Below, in pieces: positions 62,301-64,000 of a stretch of 64,000 bases of DNA. Source of the stretch: Kofleriaceae bacterium (GTDB lineage: Bacteria > Myxococcota_A > Polyangia > Haliangiales > Haliangiaceae); NCBI GenBank assembly GCA_046597055.1, contig JBKJLC010000278.1, forward strand, positions 1 through 64,000. The letters are read 5' to 3'. Within the stretch, counting starts at the first letter, position 1; each line of letters opens with the position of its first letter. Position numbers and translations under genes: made by a program. The notes under the pieces were generated by a model. That model worked only from the letters and a program-made list of their open reading frames with translations. It had not been told where the DNA came from and did no database searches.

Positions 62301-64000
62301 CGCTCCCAGGTCCGAGCCAGGCGCTCGGCGGTGGTCTTGTCGGTGGCCTTGTCGCCGGGGCGCTCGCCGCCGGCGGCCCGGTCGGTGGCGCGGGTCTGGG
62401 CCACGGTGGCGGCGCGCCGGAACAGCGCGAGCCGGGCGGCCCGGTCGTCGGAGCGATCGCCCATCGCGACCAGCGCGTCGATCAGCTCGTCCCACTGGCC
62501 GAGCTTGCCGTACAGCCGCTCGAGGCCGTCCCAGTCGCCGGCGGCGGCGTACAGCTCGCGCAGCGTCCGCAGCGCCTTGCCGTGGCTCGGGTCGAGCTCG
62601 AGGATCGCCGCGAACGCCTGGGCGCCCTGGGCCGGCGCGCCGACCCGATCGGCGAGCAGCGCGCCGAGCTTCTCGAGCAGCGCGACCGCCTCGGCCTTGG
62701 ACCGGGCCCGGTGGCGCTGGCGATCGAGGATCTCGGCCAGCGCCAGCCAGCGCTTCTCGCGCTCGTACAGGTTGGCGAGCGCGGCCAGGGTCTCGTCGCC
62801 CCCCCCGGCATCGGGCGCCCCTTCGGCGCGCGCGGTCTCGGGCTCGCCATCGGCGCGGCCCTGCTCGAGCTCGCCAAGCACGCGCCCGTGCTCGAAGTCC
62901 GCGAGCACACGCCCGTGCTCGAGGTCCGCGAGCACACGATTATGGATCTCGATCGAGAGCCGGGTGTCGCCGACTCGCTCGGCCGCCAGGCGCGCCATCT
63001 CCGACAGCTTGTGCCGGCGCTCGTCGCCCGACGCGGCGTCGGCCTCGCGGCCGAGCAGCCCGATCAGCTGCCGCCACTGCCGGCGCCGGGTGTAGATGTC
63101 CTTCAGCCGGGTGATGGCGTCGGCGGCCTGGGCCGCGGTCGGGGCCAGCTCGAGCAGGCGCTCGAGCGGGCCGATCGCCTGCGCGAAGTTGCCGAACCGC
63201 TCGATCCACAGATCGGCGGTCTCGCGCAGGATCGCGGTGCGCTCGTCGAGCGGCACCGCGGCGACCTCGGCCTTGCGCGCCAGCACGCCGATCAGATCCT
63301 GCCAGCGGCCCATCGCCCGGTACTTGTCCGCCAGCTCGTCGATCGCGCGCCGATCGTCGGGGTCGAGCTTGAGGATCGCGTTGTACGTGTTCAGGACCAT
63401 CGGGTCCTGGCGCAGCTTGTCGCGGTAGATCGCGACGATGTCGTAGAGCCGCTCGACCTTGCCGCGCACGTCGCGCTCGGGCAGCCGCTCGGTCTCGTCC
63501 TTGAGCAGGTCGAGCAGGGGGTTCCAGCGCTCGGCCTTGCGGTAGAGCCGCTTGAGCGCGTCGCGGGCCTCGGTCGAGGTCGGCTCGGCGCGCAGGAGCT
63601 GCTTCCAGGCGTCGATCGCCTTGTCGGGGGTGCCCGACTGGGTCTCCGACAGCTCGGCGACCTCGATCGCGAGCGCGCGCAGCCGGGTGTCGTTGGCCGG
63701 GCTGTGGCCGGCCGGCGGCAAGGCCTGGGTGGCCTGGCGCAGGAGGACGGCCAGCTTGGCCGACTCGCCGCGACCACCGAAGTACGCCCGGTAGAAGTCG
63801 AGCGCGGCCGGGTGGGCCGGGTCGAGCTTGCGCATGCGGCGGAAGTAATCCTCGGCGCCGTCGAGGTCGCCGAGCCGCTTCCACTGGATCATGCCGACCT
63901 GGAGCAGGAGCCCGAGATCGCCGTCGCCGCCCTTGGCCTTGAGCGCGGCGGTGTAGAGCATGACCAGCGCCTGCCAGTTCTCGGCCTGCTCGAACGCATC
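53339..64000 (-). CDS. Giant TPR-repeat protein, AgmK-like (>3550 aa; N-terminus outside window)
   Basis: Continuous frame to the window end (DAFEQAENWQALVMLY...); dozens of A-ALERLY-RW-L TPR-like units. Confidence 0.88.
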   Translation of the reverse strand, partial: DAFEQAENWQALVMLYTAALKAKGGDGDLGLLLQVGMIQWKRLGDLDGAEDYFRRMRKLDPAHPAALDFYRAYFGGRGESAKLAVLLRQATQALPPAGHSPANDTRLRALAIEVAELSETQSGTPDKAIDAWKQLLRAEPTSTEARDALKRLYRKAERWNPLLDLLKDETERLPERDVRGKVERLYDIVAIYRDKLRQDPMVLNTYNAILKLDPDDRRAIDELADKYRAMGRWQDLIGVLARKAEVAAVPLDERTAILRETADLWIERFGNFAQAIGPLERLLELAPTAAQAADAITRLKDIYTRRRQWRQLIGLLGREADAASGDERRHKLSEMARLAAERVGDTRLSIEIHNRVLADLEHGRVLADFEHGRVLGELEQGRADGEPETARAEGAPDAGGGDETLAALANLYEREKRWLALAEILDRQRHRARSKAEAVALLEKLGALLADRVGAPAQGAQAFAAILELDPSHGKALRTLRELYAAAGDWDGLERLYGKLGQWDELIDALVAMGDRSDDRAARLALFRRAATVAQTRATDRAAGGERPGDKATDKTTAERLARTWERVLAVEPTDLAAARALAPVYQRTEKWSKLLPVLEVLLAHAATPADQLARMSEIRTLCEHRLGSKALALTWTTRAFDLAPDDRGLLADLVRLAHQPEHWREVAAVLRRHADDGNLPPDTRLRLWRTLSEIHGTRLADPEAAREDHARILALTPGDADAARAYEELSERLSDWPALLASYRRRADAAERGPARRELHAAIAALEEVRLADLDAAAVTWHRILEENAGDAPALAALVRLHEARGDWDALDTVLAAQLAQAAPAARPPLLMRLGALEEKSLDRPVPALGHYLAALAAAPVPAPAAVIEANARYLDERRALGVAIDPARRREVARALRPHLERVGEPAVLARCYEVIVGGEAPGSPLALELDRQLINLYHGLGQPERAWDAAGRVLDGDPADTDARAASVALADELDRPKDLATRLGQVLERRRLAAAPATELRGLAAELAHLHAGPLDDRAGAEHAWIAVLEAASDDSEAFDELATLYRSASRWNDLRGLLERRITVTTSPAVRKAALLELAGIDEDVLGDPGRAVDDYRRVLDVDPADLMAYRALARLYADGKSWKQLDDIWDRESEHVGAGEQVGLLYRRAELHLRHLDDPAGAVELLEAVVTRQPGHADGRELLEELLAAPPLRQRVARLLEPLYARDRLWKDLCGVLRAQREAAATPAEAVDLLARIAELEETHLDSGRQAFDTWVSALDADPSDERARAAVPRLAASHDRWPDAARAFDKAATSAAREPAIAVPLLRQLAVIADVSLGDTERAIAAYQRLYQVDPADPDVAGPALDALARLFEEEERWADLRDVLRRQADTAGAPADRKRLLARVAMLDETRLNDRVRAAATWRDVLGEDPDDTDALIALERLYLAGERWPELAEVLRRQVELAPAVPAKIELLRRLGELREIMLEEPTGAVGANLEILDLAPDDTIAMAELARLYREQDRHGDLLEVLERRLAIADAGPDRADATARRHELAQLLAGPLRQPGQALDRWAEVLEREPAHPGALAAVRAGLEDPELAARATAILEPLYESTGQDQALTELLVATAVRERDPRERMLLLLRVARLRERRLTDQTGAFDATVAALSVAVAEPELPEVLAEVDRLAADLAREGDLIDIYRRIADDVLSADLQRRLFLDIADLARAVRDDVDLARTYYRKVLDADPGDRRALGALEGIYRSAGDAPALYDVLAQKAERSTDLTEKVGALAEMADLAGGPLRRADDAIAAWEQVLEIDPARAAAVAALERLYKAERRWPDVVELYERRMGFVVTIDEAVALRIKLAQVHEVELTDLSTAVESYAAALGGDPSNPAALAALERLVGEPSVRGEAADVLEPIYIARQDWPRLARIYQAQLDGSSEPADRLGLTRQIARLYEEQLEDLEGAFHWYGRVFREMPTEPAVRDQLHRLAQILDDWPGLVRVYQGLLDDEPGDAPHLREVAIAAATVYDRRLDAWEPGAKAYRRALAAPGDDREDRGLFARLEALLKRHEQWRAVVEVYDDAINAADDDARRRDLHGRKAMVLEHRQGDADGAIASWRAVLDLSGEIAAAADHDAAAEELDRLYRSGGRWYDLAELLGERIARTPDEGTQVEHRLALAQILEAHLKDAVGAVDQYEEVLNSGHPDDALPPLERLVAGDEHRERIADLLEPIYRARDWWHKLIVILGAKLAYVDDPHAKVATLLEIATLHDTRGGDPHLALDALARAWQLEPTRRDVFDRLYALGARLRAWDELVATFEAGAAATLEPEAAMTALSRVAEIHETQRQDNPAAIVAWRKVLVIGADDLVALSSLDRLLAIEDRAEELVAVVEQRAELAIDAGVRLVLLHRVASLYEEVLERPREAVAAYKNVLGVDDTDESSLDALERLYRQLREPRELAQILERKLELARDPGTHRELRLALATVSEQDLGDSYEAINHLQAVLASDVGDPVALAELDRLYGTTRMWPELLDVLDRRALLATAAAERAELAFRAARLTEHELAEPEAAVPRYGAVLQILPSHAGARAALDALVAKDEHLEAAAPLLERHFRAVGDHDALVKVTERRLDSRASLDDVGDGRRVLWSTLADIHETLRGDLPAASQTWARALTEEPGEIALLAPLERLAQARGAWPELAALLESRLQSGLGGELEHVYAMRLGRLYEDALADFERAAIAYRRAADTHVDEHGALLALDRVLWRLGRWGELAEVLLREADVAEGDAQAAELLFRLGDVRESQLKDLHGAVDAYQSVVERQSRHGAARASLERLLGADTERAQIIDTLEPLYESEGEWGRLTDLLAAKLAVTDEHSERASIYQRIAQLAEGRLGDGVRALDAAGGWLAEDPASGEALGELDRLAAQQGRWTEVAARVHGIASAHEDQALPLWMYLGTVQLDRLGDADGAAASFVAALALDDEHAPALEALERIHRSRGDLPSLAQIQARRADLAFDPPRKQALWAEVADLRERLGDLDAAILAWDAVIDIADDDRAPLTRLAAIHERRGDRRALVTTLGRHARIAGDPGEEKQLRVRIAHLEGELGDVAAAASAWQGVLDLDPTDGGALAALEDVHTRAGDWMAVHDVLTRRLDLARSSAEKVAVLGTMARIAERERGAIDDAIGHWYAVLDLENAQLTAYGELERLLGKAERWHDVVELLERRAELHGSQDDSPAEIQALARAADIWEGRLDNPDAAGEILEKILRREPGSVAALTRLARIYERAADWDKCGEILQRALALGPRGTDAADLFFRLGEVADKAQGDRDTALAHFRQALVHDSTHGPAIAAVERVARDQGDWTTVADMLGRRLAAAGATADALPLALELADVHRRLGDPAAALPVLERVAAAAPTDVRVLAPLADLYFATGQHDRAAPIYDKLADEAKAARRMKDVARYRQRQGGILEARGDAAGALAAYEEAFRVNPTDVSTMAGLGRLYMTARDWEKARRVYRALVLQNVDVDAGITKAGVYLALGVIHVELGEAPKAKGMFQRGLEIEPGNAALKDALARLG
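62857..62937 (-). repeat. 3 x 27-bp in-frame tandem repeat
   Basis: gcccgtgctcgaagtccgcgagcacac / gcccgtgctcgaggtccgcgagcacac plus one degenerate copy; encodes RVLADLEHG-RVLADFEHG-RVLGELEQG. Confidence 0.85.

Noticed and set aside
62857..62937. Possible mini-CRISPR (palindromic ~27-bp repeats)
   Set aside because: No spacers, in-frame within a CDS, and no cas genes in the window.

Overview
Very GC-rich bacterial chromosomal window. The gene content (Tgl-like pilotin, giant AgmK-like TPR protein, PEGA/TPR proteins, MXAN_5187-like protein, membrane Ser/Thr kinases) points to a myxobacterium (inference). About 45 real CDS can be separated from many GC-driven antisense shadow ORFs. Housekeeping genes include glyQ-glyS-ppdK, recO, nadD, lapA/lapB, namZ-like, a DUF2520 protein and an asparaginase-2. 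I saw no rRNA, tRNA, CRISPR array or transposase. The most interesting region is a plus-strand cassette at 47122-53195. It encodes a DUF1287 Cys/His enzyme with a YkuD-like stub, a VWA-like/TM/FHA protein, a signal-less Amidase_2 + atypical M23 + EF-hand peptidoglycan hydrolase, a translationally coupled 61-aa twin-arginine micro-peptide ending WIGHC that the ORF track misses, and a beta-barrel protein. Other notable signals: a FadL + 1137-aa lipoprotein operon, a recurrent leaderless-gene signature (-10 box 5-8 nt before the start codon), a REP-like cruciform element, a lipoprotein gene lacking a canonical start codon, an Ntn-hydrolase with Ser in place of the catalytic Cys behind a structured leader, and a hairpin-forming 27-bp tandem repeat inside the giant TPR gene. 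All family assignments come from motif recognition by eye, with no database search.
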